Assembly: GCA_965203805.1 (NCBI GenBank)
Contig: OZ241917.1
Coordinates: 5,664,001 to 5,728,000, forward strand
Reading direction: 5' to 3'
DNA length: 64,000 nucleotides
From: Candidatus Latescibacterota bacterium
GTDB lineage: Bacteria; Latescibacterota; UBA2968; GCA-2709665
Of the stretch, positions 9,991 to 19,855 are shown piece after piece. A program made the translations under genes and the position numbers. How positions within the stretch are numbered: the stretch's first letter is position 1; every line of letters starts with the position of its first letter. Below the pieces are notes generated by a model, which worked only from the letters and a program-made list of their open reading frames with translations, did no database searches and was not told the DNA's origin.

Positions 9991-10019
9991 GCAGCCGGGC
10001 GGTTCACGAGTCCACAATA

Positions 10020-10434
10020 CAGGCAAGCGGGCCGGATGGCCGCGCCCAGGCAGCACGGATGGACTTTATCAACGGGCTGCTGATCGGGTGAGGAAAGTCC
10101 GAGCTCCAGAGGGCAGGATGCTGGGTAACTCCCAGTCGGGGCGACCCGAAGGAAAGTGCCACAGAGAACAGACCGCCAGCGGGCGAGACCACGGTTTCGT
10201 TGCGGGCAAGGGTGAAACGGCGGGGTAAGAGCCCACCGCGCTCCCGGAGACGGGAGCGGCACGGTAAACCCCATCCGGAGCAAGGCCAAATAGGAGCGGA
10301 GAGGCGGCCCGTCTCGTTACAACGCTCGGGTAGGCTGCGCAGAGGCGCCGGGCAACCGGCGTCCCAGATAAATGGCCATCCGTCCGGCGCGCCGCGCCGG
10401 ACGACAGAACTCGGCTTACAGGCCCGCTTGCCTG
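10020..10434 (+). ncRNA. rnpB: RNase P RNA (class A)
   Basis: P1 CAGGCAAGCGGGCC/GGCCCGCTTGCCTG; conserved GAGGAAAGTCC, AGTGCCACAGAGAACAGACCG, GGGTGAAACGG, ACAGAACTCGGCTTA. Confidence 0.95.
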
Positions 10435-10447
10435 AATATCCCCCGTA

Positions 10448-11284
10448 GTGGAGTTGGGATTGAGCTTTCTTCAGAAATTCCATCAGGCCGTCGACACCCG
10501 GAACAGCCGGGTGTGCGTGGGCCTGGATCCCGATCCTGAACGTCTGCCGGCTCACCTCAGGGGCGCCGCGAATCCGGTCAGTGCCTTTCTCAGGGAAATC
10601 GTCGCCGCCACAGAGGACCTCGTCTGCGCCTACAAACCCAACTTCGCCTTCTTCGGCGCACTGGGTCCGGCAGGTTGGCAGAGCCTCGGGGACGTTATCG
10701 GCGCCATTCCCGATACGACGCCCGTTCTGCTCGACTTCAAGGCCGGAGATATCGGCAATTCCTCCGCCCGTTACGCGCAGATGGCCTACGACACGCTCGG
10801 CGTCGACGCGGTCACCGCAAACCCGCTCATGGGCTTCGACGCCATGGGCCCATTCCTGGACTACGACGACCGCTGCGCGTTTCTGCTCAGTCTCACCTCC
10901 AACCCCGGGTCGGCGGACTTCCAGCGGCTTTCCACGCCGGACGGCCCTCTCTACCAGCACATCGCGAGGAAAGCGGTTGAATGGTCCGCCACGGGTCCAT
11001 GCGGGCTGGTGGTTGGGGCGACGCACCCGCGGGAACTCGCGACGGTCCGTAGTATCGCGCCGGAGCTTCCCATCCTCGTCCCCGGCATCGGCGCCCAGAT
11101 GGGCGATGCCGGCGCGGTGATCCGGTACGGCGCCGACGCGAACGGAGGCGGGCTGCTTGTCAACGCATCCAGGAGCGTGCTCTACGCCTCGTCCGGCCGC
11201 GATTTTGCAGACGCCGCCCGGCAAGCCGCCGACAGGCTGCGCGCCGACCTGGAACGGGAGCGGGCAGCACTGCCGATCGCGTAA
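10448..11284 (+). CDS. pyrF: orotidine-5'-phosphate decarboxylase
   Basis: CVGLDP, YKPNFAFF, LDFKAGDIGNS, TSNPGS, LVPGIGAQ, NASRS. Confidence 0.93.
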   Translation: MELGLSFLQKFHQAVDTRNSRVCVGLDPDPERLPAHLRGAANPVSAFLREIVAATEDLVCAYKPNFAFFGALGPAGWQSLGDVIGAIPDTTPVLLDFKAGDIGNSSARYAQMAYDTLGVDAVTANPLMGFDAMGPFLDYDDRCAFLLSLTSNPGSADFQRLSTPDGPLYQHIARKAVEWSATGPCGLVVGATHPRELATVRSIAPELPILVPGIGAQMGDAGAVIRYGADANGGGLLVNASRSVLYASSGRDFADAARQAADRLRADLERERAALPIA

Positions 11285-11365
11285 TTGAAGGGCTGCGAGC
11301 CGGCGCCGGGCGCAGGAATACGCCGGGCGAATTTTAACGTCGCCTCGAACCCGGGAGACACCGCA

Positions 11366-12181
11366 ATGGAACGCCGAAAACTAACCGGAGAACAGAAACA
11401 GCAGTGGGCGATCGACGGGTATATCCTGCTCAAGGGCGTCCTCTCGCCTGCGGAAACCGGAGACTTCCGGCGGGAAGTGGACCGGTTGCATCGTAAATTT
11501 GTCCTTAACAGGTCCGGCGCGGACCCGAAGTCCGGCCTGGACCGGAGAAATATACTCCCGGACAGCGACGCCTTCATCCATCTCATGGACCATCCCGGCG
11601 TGTTTGACATCTTTCTGGAACTGATGGGTCCGTACCTCCAGTTGAGCATGGCCGAGGCCGTCGTCCGACCGCCAAACCCGGGGTACAAGGGCTTTATACA
11701 CACCGACGGCGGCCAGGCCCTCCGCCACATCCGCGTTACCGAGACAAGCTGGCCGCTTCAGATCAAGATTCAGTATTTTCTCACGGACGTCAGAAAGCCC
11801 GACCGCGGTAATTTCACCATTTTCCCCGGCAGCCACCTGAGACCCTACCCGGAGGGAGAAGCGCCCATTACGGCCCGAACTCCCGGCGCGGTGCAGCTAT
11901 GCGCTGAAGCTGGCGACGCGGCGGTCTTTTCCCATGCACTCTGGCACGGCGTCTCCCCCAATCTTTCCGGACGGTCCCGGAAAACCCTCATATACTGCTA
12001 CAGCCAGCAGTGCTTCCGGACGTTTGACTTTAACGGGCATTCACCTGAAGTCCTGTCGAAATGTACGCCGCGGCAACGCCGTCTGCTGGGGGACCTGGGC
12101 AGGGACTGGCGCCCCGGCGCATACTTCTACAGTCCCGAAGACCAGGTGGAGATCATCGAACAGAAGCCTGAAGTCGTCTGA
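11366..12181 (+). CDS. phytanoyl-CoA dioxygenase family Fe/2OG enzyme
   Basis: GYILLKGVLS, HTD facial triad, PGSH, WHG...RK. Confidence 0.85.
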   Translation: MERRKLTGEQKQQWAIDGYILLKGVLSPAETGDFRREVDRLHRKFVLNRSGADPKSGLDRRNILPDSDAFIHLMDHPGVFDIFLELMGPYLQLSMAEAVVRPPNPGYKGFIHTDGGQALRHIRVTETSWPLQIKIQYFLTDVRKPDRGNFTIFPGSHLRPYPEGEAPITARTPGAVQLCAEAGDAAVFSHALWHGVSPNLSGRSRKTLIYCYSQQCFRTFDFNGHSPEVLSKCTPRQRRLLGDLGRDWRPGAYFYSPEDQVEIIEQKPEVV

Positions 12182-12349
12182 ACGTCAATCCGTTTCGCAC
12201 CCTCTCCCGCCCGCCTCGTTCCGGAATCTCCGCCGCGCTTCATCAATGTCCGCGTCCGTTCGTCTTCCGGCAGGATTGCGTTTCCGTCGTGCACGAGCTG
12301 CGGCGCCTTCGTCCCGTCGGTAACGGCCGGCCTGTGGAGAATTGCGTAG

Positions 12350-14248
12350 ATGCCGCTGGTTCAACTCGAAAACGTCCACAAGTCCTACGGGGCCAATCCT
12401 GTGCTGACCGGCCTCACGTGGAAGATCGAAGCGGGCGGCCGCTTTGGCCTGGTCGGGCGCAACGGATGCGGGAAGACGACGCTTTTTCACCTCATCACCG
12501 GTCACCTGCAACCGGACAGCGGGCGGATATACACGAAACGGAATCTGAACGTCGGATATCTGGCGCAGGACCCGCAACTGAACGACGGATCGGTCGTTCT
12601 GGACACGGTGCTGGACGCGTTTTCAGACCTCTTGGACATGCACCGCCGGATGGCCGTTCTGGAAGAACGGCTGACCGAAGGCGCCGATCAGACAGCGCTG
12701 CTGGACGAATACGGGCGCCTGCAACACGCCTACGAAGACCGGGGCGGCTATGAGATTGAAGACCGTGCAAAGGCCATCCTTCACGGGTTGGGTTTCGGTC
12801 GGAAGGATCTCGAAGCCCCTGTAAATCTGTTGAGCGGGGGCCAGAAAAACCGCCTGGCGCTTGCCCGCCTGCTTGTTCGCGAGCCCGACCTGCTTCTTCT
12901 CGACGAACCCACCAATCACCTGGACCTGGAGGCCATCGAATGGCTGGAAGGATTCCTGCCCGCCTTCCACGGCGCCTTCGTGGTCGTCTCCCATGACCGG
13001 TATTTTCTGGACCGTACCATCGACCGGATCATGGAGCTCGAAAACGGGGTCCTGGCAGGGTACGCGGGCAATTACAGTTTCTATGCCGCCGAAAGGGAGG
13101 AGCGTCTCGCGCGGCGTTGGAAGACCTACGAGCGGCAGCAGGAATACATTCAGAAGACCGAGGACTTTATCAGACGGAACATCGCGGGTCAAAAGACGAA
13201 ACAGGCACAGAGCCGCAGAAAGACCCTGGAAAAACTGGACAGACACGAGCGCCCCGGGGGGGAGAAGGCGTTCCGCCTGAGCTTCACTTCCGCCGAGAGA
13301 GGCGGCAACCGGGTTGCGGAACTCGAGCGGGTATCGAAAGCCTACGGCGAGAAGGTCCTGTTCCGGGACCTGGATCTGCTCGTCCGCCGCGGCGACCGCT
13401 TGGGTATTATCGGACCCAACGGGTCGGGCAAGTCAACCCTCCTGAAGCTGCTCGCAGGCCGCGTCGCGACCGATGGCGGGACGGTTAAAACCGGCTCGAA
13501 CATTCGGGTGGGTTACTACGATCAGCATCGGGACGAACTCATCCCCGGACATACGCTGCAGGAGGAAATCCAGGCAGTCACACCTGACGCGACGGTGGGA
13601 GAAATCCGCAGTGTGCTGGGCGCTTTTCTCTTCTCGGGCGACGACGTCGAGCGCAAAATCAGCAACCTCAGCGGCGGAGAGAAAAGCAGGGTGGCACTGG
13701 CCAGACTGATGAGATCCGAAACCAATCTCCTGGTTCTGGACGAACCCACCAATCACCTGGATATTCCATCCAGGGATGTGCTCGAGGCGGCCCTGATGAC
13801 GTACGGCGGAACCCTCATCGCCGTTTCGCACGATCGCTACTTTCTGAACCTGCTGGTGGACAGACTGCTCGTGCTCGGGAACGGAACGTGGGAGATTGTC
13901 GAGGGCAACTACGACGCATGGCAGCGCCGGCGGACGACGCGGGAGGATTCGCAAAAGCCGACCTCACGCAGGAATTCGTCCCAGAAGGACCTGTACGAAC
14001 GGAAACGGGCCGACCGCAGGGCGCAGGAGGGGCGCCAGCGGCGCCTGGAAGCCATCGAGAAGGAGATCCTGGATCTCGAGGCGGAACTCGAACGCCTGAA
14101 CGGGCAGCTCGTGCTGGATGACCGGGCGTCGGATTGGGAACACCTCCAGTCGGTCTCCGAGGAGCGCCGGCGCGTCCAGGCCCGCATCGAGGAGCGCATG
14201 GCGGCGTGGGAAGCGCTCGAAACGACGGGTGGGAAGGGCGGGGCATGA
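12350..14248 (+). CDS. ABC-F family ATPase
   Basis: Two NBDs (GRNGCGKTT, GPNGSGKST, LDEPTNHLD twice), no TM segments, C-terminal coiled coil. Confidence 0.93.
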   Translation: MPLVQLENVHKSYGANPVLTGLTWKIEAGGRFGLVGRNGCGKTTLFHLITGHLQPDSGRIYTKRNLNVGYLAQDPQLNDGSVVLDTVLDAFSDLLDMHRRMAVLEERLTEGADQTALLDEYGRLQHAYEDRGGYEIEDRAKAILHGLGFGRKDLEAPVNLLSGGQKNRLALARLLVREPDLLLLDEPTNHLDLEAIEWLEGFLPAFHGAFVVVSHDRYFLDRTIDRIMELENGVLAGYAGNYSFYAAEREERLARRWKTYERQQEYIQKTEDFIRRNIAGQKTKQAQSRRKTLEKLDRHERPGGEKAFRLSFTSAERGGNRVAELERVSKAYGEKVLFRDLDLLVRRGDRLGIIGPNGSGKSTLLKLLAGRVATDGGTVKTGSNIRVGYYDQHRDELIPGHTLQEEIQAVTPDATVGEIRSVLGAFLFSGDDVERKISNLSGGEKSRVALARLMRSETNLLVLDEPTNHLDIPSRDVLEAALMTYGGTLIAVSHDRYFLNLLVDRLLVLGNGTWEIVEGNYDAWQRRRTTREDSQKPTSRRNSSQKDLYERKRADRRAQEGRQRRLEAIEKEILDLEAELERLNGQLVLDDRASDWEHLQSVSEERRRVQARIEERMAAWEALETTGGKGGA

Positions 14249-16287
14249 CGTTCGATCGATCCCTGATGGCGCCCGCCGAGTTCGAATTCGTGGTTGTGGC
14301 GGATACCCACTACATGCTCGATCCGGGCGGCGGGACACTGGAATTCCAATCCCGGAGGAAGCAGACGGCGAGAGCGGACGCGGCGCTGCGGCTGGCGGCG
14401 TCTCTGGGCGCGGACTTCATCCTGCACATGGGCGACCTGGTCCAGGAATACCCCGAGACGCGGCGCCACAACGAAGCGATCAGCCGGGCGCGGGCGCAAC
14501 TTGCGCGCCTGGGCGCGAAGGTCCGGATCGTTGCCGGCAACCACGACGTTGGCGACAAGCCCGATCCAACCATGCCCACCCGGGCCGTCACGTCCGAGTC
14601 CCTCAAGCGGCATCACGCGCTGTTCGGGGATTCCTGGTACAGCTTCGACCACCAGGATTGCCACTTCGTCGTGATCAACTCCCAGATTCTCAACACCGGA
14701 CTGCCTGAATCCGTATCGCAGCGCGATTGGCTGGAACACGACCTGGCAACCCATGGACAGGGCCGCGTCTTTCTCTTTCTCCACCTGCCGCCTTTCCTGG
14801 AGCAGCCTGATGAGCCGCACCTGGGCAACTACGACAATATCGGCCAGCCCGCGCGCCGCTGGCTGCTCGACCTGACCGCGAGATACGGAATCGACGTGGT
14901 ATGCGCAGCGCACGTCCATTTCGCGTTCCTGAATCGAATCGGGACGACCCGCATCCACAACGTGCCCTCGACCTCCTTCGTGCGCCCCGGCTTCAGCCAC
15001 CTGTTCACCGGCTCCGCGCCACCCGAGCAGGGGAGGGACGACGCGCCGAAACTCGGCTTCCATCTGTTCCGCGTTTTTCGGGAACGGACAGACGTGCATT
15101 TCATTCGGACCATGGGCGCGCTCGCCCTGGACGATGCGGCAACGGCCGCGCCGAAACGACTGCTCACCCGGGTTTCGACCGGATTGCCCGCCTCTCCCCT
15201 GGGGTTGACGCTCCTGCATCCTCTCGTGAACATGGCCGAAATCCCGATTGTGTTTCCCAGCGTCGTCCGGCAACGGGTCAGGAACGACTATCCGCTGCTC
15301 TCCGCGGTGGAACTCGGCGCGTCCGCCGTGCGATTCCCTGCCTCGGACCTCGAAGATTCCAGTCAGAGGGAGAGACTCGAAGTCCTGAGCGACGAGGGGC
15401 TGCGTCTCATGGCAACGTTGCCCGCGTCTTCCGCGGCGGATCTGTTGCGGTACGTCCGGCGGCACGCGGATGCCGTCGATGCGTGGGAAGTCCAGATACC
15501 GGGCGCCCTGCTGCCTTCCGGCGACCTCACGGGGGCCCTCGTGGCGATGGGGAAGGATAATTCGATCCATATCTCTCTGGCGCCTATCCTTGCGGGTGAG
15601 GTCCGCCCCGGCAAACAGCACCCCCGCACCCGGATCGGATACCTTCCCGCCGAACTGTCCGATCTGAACGACTTCCTGGCCGAACACGACGTCTCCGTCG
15701 ACCGGGCCGTGTGCCGTCTGGACGGGAACGAACCGTGGAAGACAGGTCTGGAACTCCCGGACCCCGGCGCCCTGAGCCACGTCAAAGCGGTGGACCTTGT
15801 GGTCTCCCTCGTCTCCTGCGACGACGCGCGGAATGCAAACGCCGCGGCTGAATCGCTCTTTTGCGCCGCCCTGTTGCCCGGGGCCCGCGTCTACTTCGAT
15901 CCCTTTGTCGACCTCGACCGGACCCTCGACGCGGCTCACGGGCTCCTGAACACGTCCTGCAACCCCCGCCCGGCCTTTCACGTACTGCGCTGCCTGAATT
16001 CAGTGCTCTATCGCGAGCGGGTTTCGCGCAAGGATACCGGAGCCGTCGAACTGCCAGGGACGACGGTTCGGACATTGACCGGTGGAGATTGTCTCCATGC
16101 ACTGATTACCTCCGAACGCGGCGAGCTTCCGGATCTCGGCGGCCTGGCGTTTCCCGGGATTTCAGGGGACGCCCCGTCGCGTCTTTACCGCCTTTCCGAA
16201 GGTACGGTTCAGGCGGGCCCGTTCGAACGCCTCCTGGGACGCGCGAGGGGTCTTTCCAGCCCGGTACTCCTTACTTCCGACCCGTAA
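14245..16287 (+). CDS. calcineurin-like metallophosphoesterase with large C-terminal extension
   Basis: DTH, GDL, GNHD, HLP, AHVH motifs in the N-terminal ~280 aa; ATGA overlap with the ABC-F stop. Confidence 0.8.
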   Translation: MTFDRSLMAPAEFEFVVVADTHYMLDPGGGTLEFQSRRKQTARADAALRLAASLGADFILHMGDLVQEYPETRRHNEAISRARAQLARLGAKVRIVAGNHDVGDKPDPTMPTRAVTSESLKRHHALFGDSWYSFDHQDCHFVVINSQILNTGLPESVSQRDWLEHDLATHGQGRVFLFLHLPPFLEQPDEPHLGNYDNIGQPARRWLLDLTARYGIDVVCAAHVHFAFLNRIGTTRIHNVPSTSFVRPGFSHLFTGSAPPEQGRDDAPKLGFHLFRVFRERTDVHFIRTMGALALDDAATAAPKRLLTRVSTGLPASPLGLTLLHPLVNMAEIPIVFPSVVRQRVRNDYPLLSAVELGASAVRFPASDLEDSSQRERLEVLSDEGLRLMATLPASSAADLLRYVRRHADAVDAWEVQIPGALLPSGDLTGALVAMGKDNSIHISLAPILAGEVRPGKQHPRTRIGYLPAELSDLNDFLAEHDVSVDRAVCRLDGNEPWKTGLELPDPGALSHVKAVDLVVSLVSCDDARNANAAAESLFCAALLPGARVYFDPFVDLDRTLDAAHGLLNTSCNPRPAFHVLRCLNSVLYRERVSRKDTGAVELPGTTVRTLTGGDCLHALITSERGELPDLGGLAFPGISGDAPSRLYRLSEGTVQAGPFERLLGRARGLSSPVLLTSDP

Positions 16288-16416
16288 ACCTCCCGCCTAT
16301 TGGGTTGACATTTTCTCCGGTTCTATTGATCTTTCGGCATAACGGTTCTGCACGTTTCAATTGAGCTTCGATCCCCGGTTTTGCGTACGAACCCACAAGA
16401 AGCGAGGATTTGCCGC

Positions 16417-17214
16417 ATGGCGAAAATGTTGCGCGTCTGCCTGGCCGCCCTGAAACAGCGGCCCTCCGTGACGGAAGGGGTCGAGAAACTGGTTTCCGTT
16501 CTTCACGAGTGCCGGGACCGGAAGGTGGATATCGTCTGCACGCCCGAGACGTACCTTCCAGGCTTGAGAGGCGCGTCGTTCGATCTGCCCGACCCGGATC
16601 AGCCCGCCATGGAACAGGCGCTGAAGGACCTTCGCACGGCCTGTCGCGAAACCGGGGTGGCCATCATCGCCGGGATGGAATGGCAGTCCGAACTCGGCCT
16701 TGAAAACAGGGCATTCGTCATCTCACCGGCGGGCCGGGTGCTCGGCTATCAGACCAAAAACCAGATCACGCCGGGCGGCGAGTCAGAGAACTACGTGCCG
16801 GACGGGCAGCGACGGGTGTTTGCCGTGAAGGGCGTCAAGTTCGGAATTTCCATCTGCCACGAAGGCTGGCGCTATCCGGAAACCGTTCGGTGGCCCGCCG
16901 TCCGGGGCGCGCGGATCGTCTTTCAACCCCAGGTCACGGGAAGCGACGAAGGAGGCAGGGGGCAGGGCGAGTGGGGCGAATCCTTCTACGAGAAGGCCAT
17001 GCAGTGCCGGGCGGGGGAGAACAATATCTACTTCGCCAGCGTCAACCAGGCCATGAAGGGCCAGAATTCGGCCACCAGCCTCATCGACCCTCAGGGCAAC
17101 CTCATCGAAACCATCCCGCGCGGAAGAGAAGACCTTCTCATCGCGGACCTGGACATGGAAAGAGCCACGCGGTTCTACACCAGGCGGTACCGGTCCGAAC
17201 TCTATCCAGCCTGA
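16417..17214 (+). CDS. carbon-nitrogen hydrolase (nitrilase superfamily)
   Basis: E-K-C triad: TPE, QTK, ICHE. Confidence 0.88.
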   Translation: MAKMLRVCLAALKQRPSVTEGVEKLVSVLHECRDRKVDIVCTPETYLPGLRGASFDLPDPDQPAMEQALKDLRTACRETGVAIIAGMEWQSELGLENRAFVISPAGRVLGYQTKNQITPGGESENYVPDGQRRVFAVKGVKFGISICHEGWRYPETVRWPAVRGARIVFQPQVTGSDEGGRGQGEWGESFYEKAMQCRAGENNIYFASVNQAMKGQNSATSLIDPQGNLIETIPRGREDLLIADLDMERATRFYTRRYRSELYPA

Positions 17215-17234
17215 CCCACCCCGGAGGAAGATAA

Positions 17235-18566
17235 ATGGCCAGGGCCGCAGTCGTCTTGTTCAGCGTCTGTCTCCTTTTGAGCGGCAGCGCCGTCGCGCAG
17301 GAAGCGCCCACCGTCGACTTCGACGAAGACGGCGAAGTCGGTTTTTCGGATTTCATCCTCTTCGCGAGGGGATTCGGGAAAACCGATCAGGACGCCGGTT
17401 TCGACGCAAGGCTGGACCTGAACGACAACGGGGAAGTGGACTTTCAGGACTTCATCCTCTTCGCTCAGCAGTTCGGCGGCTCGACGCCGGCCGAAGACGA
17501 CCGGGACCGTGAACCCTTCGACCCGGCGCGCGTTTATTTCGCGGATTTTCGTGCAGACAGGGTTTTCGTGGTGGATGCCGAGACGAATTTTTACGATCCC
17601 GGTCTTTCCGTCTCCCTCAGCCAGCCGCGCAGCATAACTTACTCGTATCTGAACAGACGTATTTATGTCGTCGGACAGGACTCGTTCTATGCACTTACCG
17701 AGTCTAGCGAGATTGACTTCAGGCTGCCGCTCCTGGATCCGGCCGACTCGCCGGATTCCAGGCCGCGCACCCGTGGCGGATTCCGCATAGCACTTTCCCC
17801 CGACCATCGTCTTGCCTACATCACCGAAGATATCGCCAGTCAAATCGAAGTCATCCACCTCAAAAACGCGGAGTCAGTGGGCCTGATTCCTCTTTCGATG
17901 CCTCCCGGCGGTGTCGGCGTATCTCCGGACGGCGGCACGCTCTACGTGGCACATGCCAACAGACCGTGGCTTTCGGTAATCGACGCTTCCGAACGGGCCC
18001 TCGCGGACAGTATCCGGCTCGATGGACGGGGCAACGGGCGCTTGGTCGCGTCGCCAGAGGGAGACAGGATCTATACCGCAACCACCCGGGGCGGCGAAGA
18101 TCCGTCGGTACAGATCGTCTCGGTCGATCCTGCGACTGGAGAGATCGTCAATTCGTTGGAAATCGCGCCGGATTCGACGACGAAGGTATGGGACCTTCAG
18201 GCGTCCAGGGACGGAAGTAAGCTCTACGCAACAGTAAAGCGGATAATTATTGCGCCGTCGACACAGTTCGGTTTTGTGGTAGAGGGCTATTTCTGGATAG
18301 TCGATTCAGCCTCTCTCGAATTAACGAGCGAAATCCAGGTTGAAGGAGAAGCCGTGAATTTCGGGGTCACCCGTGACGACAAAACCGCATACGTCGCCAA
18401 TATCGATCCATTCACCGGCGTGATCCGACTCACGATCCTCGACCTGGACGCCAATGCCGTCCTGGGTTCCCTTCCAGTGACCTTTCTGTCGGCGTTCGAC
18501 ATCAGGGCTTACGGCGGGAAGGCGGCATTGGGTCGCGTTGCGGTCCCTGAAATTGCCGTCTTCTAA
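17235..18566 (+). CDS. secreted protein: dockerin/EF-hand-like repeats plus YVTN-like beta-propeller
   Basis: Signal peptide; DFDEDGEVGFSDF and DLNDNGEVDFQDF; SPDG..LYVA repeats. Confidence 0.85.
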   Translation: MARAAVVLFSVCLLLSGSAVAQEAPTVDFDEDGEVGFSDFILFARGFGKTDQDAGFDARLDLNDNGEVDFQDFILFAQQFGGSTPAEDDRDREPFDPARVYFADFRADRVFVVDAETNFYDPGLSVSLSQPRSITYSYLNRRIYVVGQDSFYALTESSEIDFRLPLLDPADSPDSRPRTRGGFRIALSPDHRLAYITEDIASQIEVIHLKNAESVGLIPLSMPPGGVGVSPDGGTLYVAHANRPWLSVIDASERALADSIRLDGRGNGRLVASPEGDRIYTATTRGGEDPSVQIVSVDPATGEIVNSLEIAPDSTTKVWDLQASRDGSKLYATVKRIIIAPSTQFGFVVEGYFWIVDSASLELTSEIQVEGEAVNFGVTRDDKTAYVANIDPFTGVIRLTILDLDANAVLGSLPVTFLSAFDIRAYGGKAALGRVAVPEIAVF

Positions 18567-18799
18567 TGCCCTGTCGCAGGGGTCCGGATCATCTGCGCGA
18601 GCGCATCCGCCACCCGATGCAGCGTGAACTCCGTGTGGCGTTTCGCGCGTGGATTTCGCGTTGCCGGCGGTCCCGGGAAGCGCTTCAGGACGAAATTTAC
18701 CTATAAAGCGCTTGCGAATCACGCCGAATTCCGGTAGATTTTCACAATAGAACATTAGATTGTATCGGATGCGTCACCTATAGAAGAGGAGCGAGAATC

Positions 18800-19855
18800 A
18801 TGCTTTCATCGCTTCTTCTGGAACCCGGCCGTCTCGAGCTGCGGGACGTGGACATACCCAGCGCCGGTCCTGGCGAAGTGGTCGTCAGGGTGCGGTCCGC
18901 GCTCACGTGCGGCACCGAACTGAAGACCTTCCGCCGCGGCCACCCCAAGATTCCAACGCCAACGCCGCTGGGGCATGAGTTCTCAGGCGATATCTACGAA
19001 GTCGGCGAGGGGGTCACCAGATTCAAGCCGGGCGACCAGGTCATGACCGCGCCCACCGCGCCCTGCGGCGAATGTGTGTACTGCCGGAAGTCGAGGGAAA
19101 ACCTCTGCCCGTACGCCATCGACGAGATGGTATTCGGCGCTTTTGCGGAATACGTTCGCGTTCCGGCCCACGTCGTCGAAAACAACATGTACAGAAAGCC
19201 TGCCGATCTCTCCTACGAGGAAGCGGCGATGCTGGAGCCGCTCTCGTGCGTGGTCTACGGTATGGACCAGGTGCTTATGGGGACGGACGCTACCGTGCTC
19301 ATCATCGGCGCGGGCGCCATCGGTCTGATGCACACGGCCGTCGTGCGCGCCTTTGGCGCAAAGCGCGTGATTGTCGCGGGCAAACGCGAGCACCGTCTCA
19401 GACTTGCCACCACGCTCGGCGCCGACGAGATCATCGACGTGGAAACGGAAAACGCGATTGACCGTGTCAGGGAACTGACGGGCGGCATCGGCGCGGACCT
19501 GGTGATCGAATGCACCGGACAGCTGGCCGTCTGGGAGAGCACGCCCGACCTGGTCGCCAAAGGGGGCACAATCGTTCTGTTCGGCGGCCTTCCGAAGGGC
19601 ACGGTCGCCACCTTCGACACGACCCGGTTACACTACGATCAGATTACTCTCAAGGGCGTGTTTCACTATAGCCGAAGCGCCGTCAAGAAGGCCTATCAGA
19701 TGCTGGTCGACAGGAAAATCCATCTCAACGGCCTGATTTCGGGCACCTATTCTCTGTCCGATCTGAAACACGTCTTCGAACTTCTTCTGAAGAAGGGTAA
19801 CGACGTCAAATTCGCCGTTGTGCCTACCGAGCCCAGCCCGGAAAAAGCCGGGTAA
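18800..19855 (+). CDS. zinc-dependent medium-chain dehydrogenase
   Basis: CGT, GHE, CGECVYC...C, GAGAIG. Confidence 0.9.
   Translation: MLSSLLLEPGRLELRDVDIPSAGPGEVVVRVRSALTCGTELKTFRRGHPKIPTPTPLGHEFSGDIYEVGEGVTRFKPGDQVMTAPTAPCGECVYCRKSRENLCPYAIDEMVFGAFAEYVRVPAHVVENNMYRKPADLSYEEAAMLEPLSCVVYGMDQVLMGTDATVLIIGAGAIGLMHTAVVRAFGAKRVIVAGKREHRLRLATTLGADEIIDVETENAIDRVRELTGGIGADLVIECTGQLAVWESTPDLVAKGGTIVLFGGLPKGTVATFDTTRLHYDQITLKGVFHYSRSAVKKAYQMLVDRKIHLNGLISGTYSLSDLKHVFELLLKKGNDVKFAVVPTEPSPEKAG

Noticed and set aside
8853-10434. Zinc ribbon-rnhA-rnpB cluster as a novel RNA system
   Set aside because: Common housekeeping arrangement in several phyla.
9735-11224. Long antisense ORFs (184 aa, 406 aa)
   Set aside because: Shadows of rnhA, rnpB and pyrF in GC-rich DNA.
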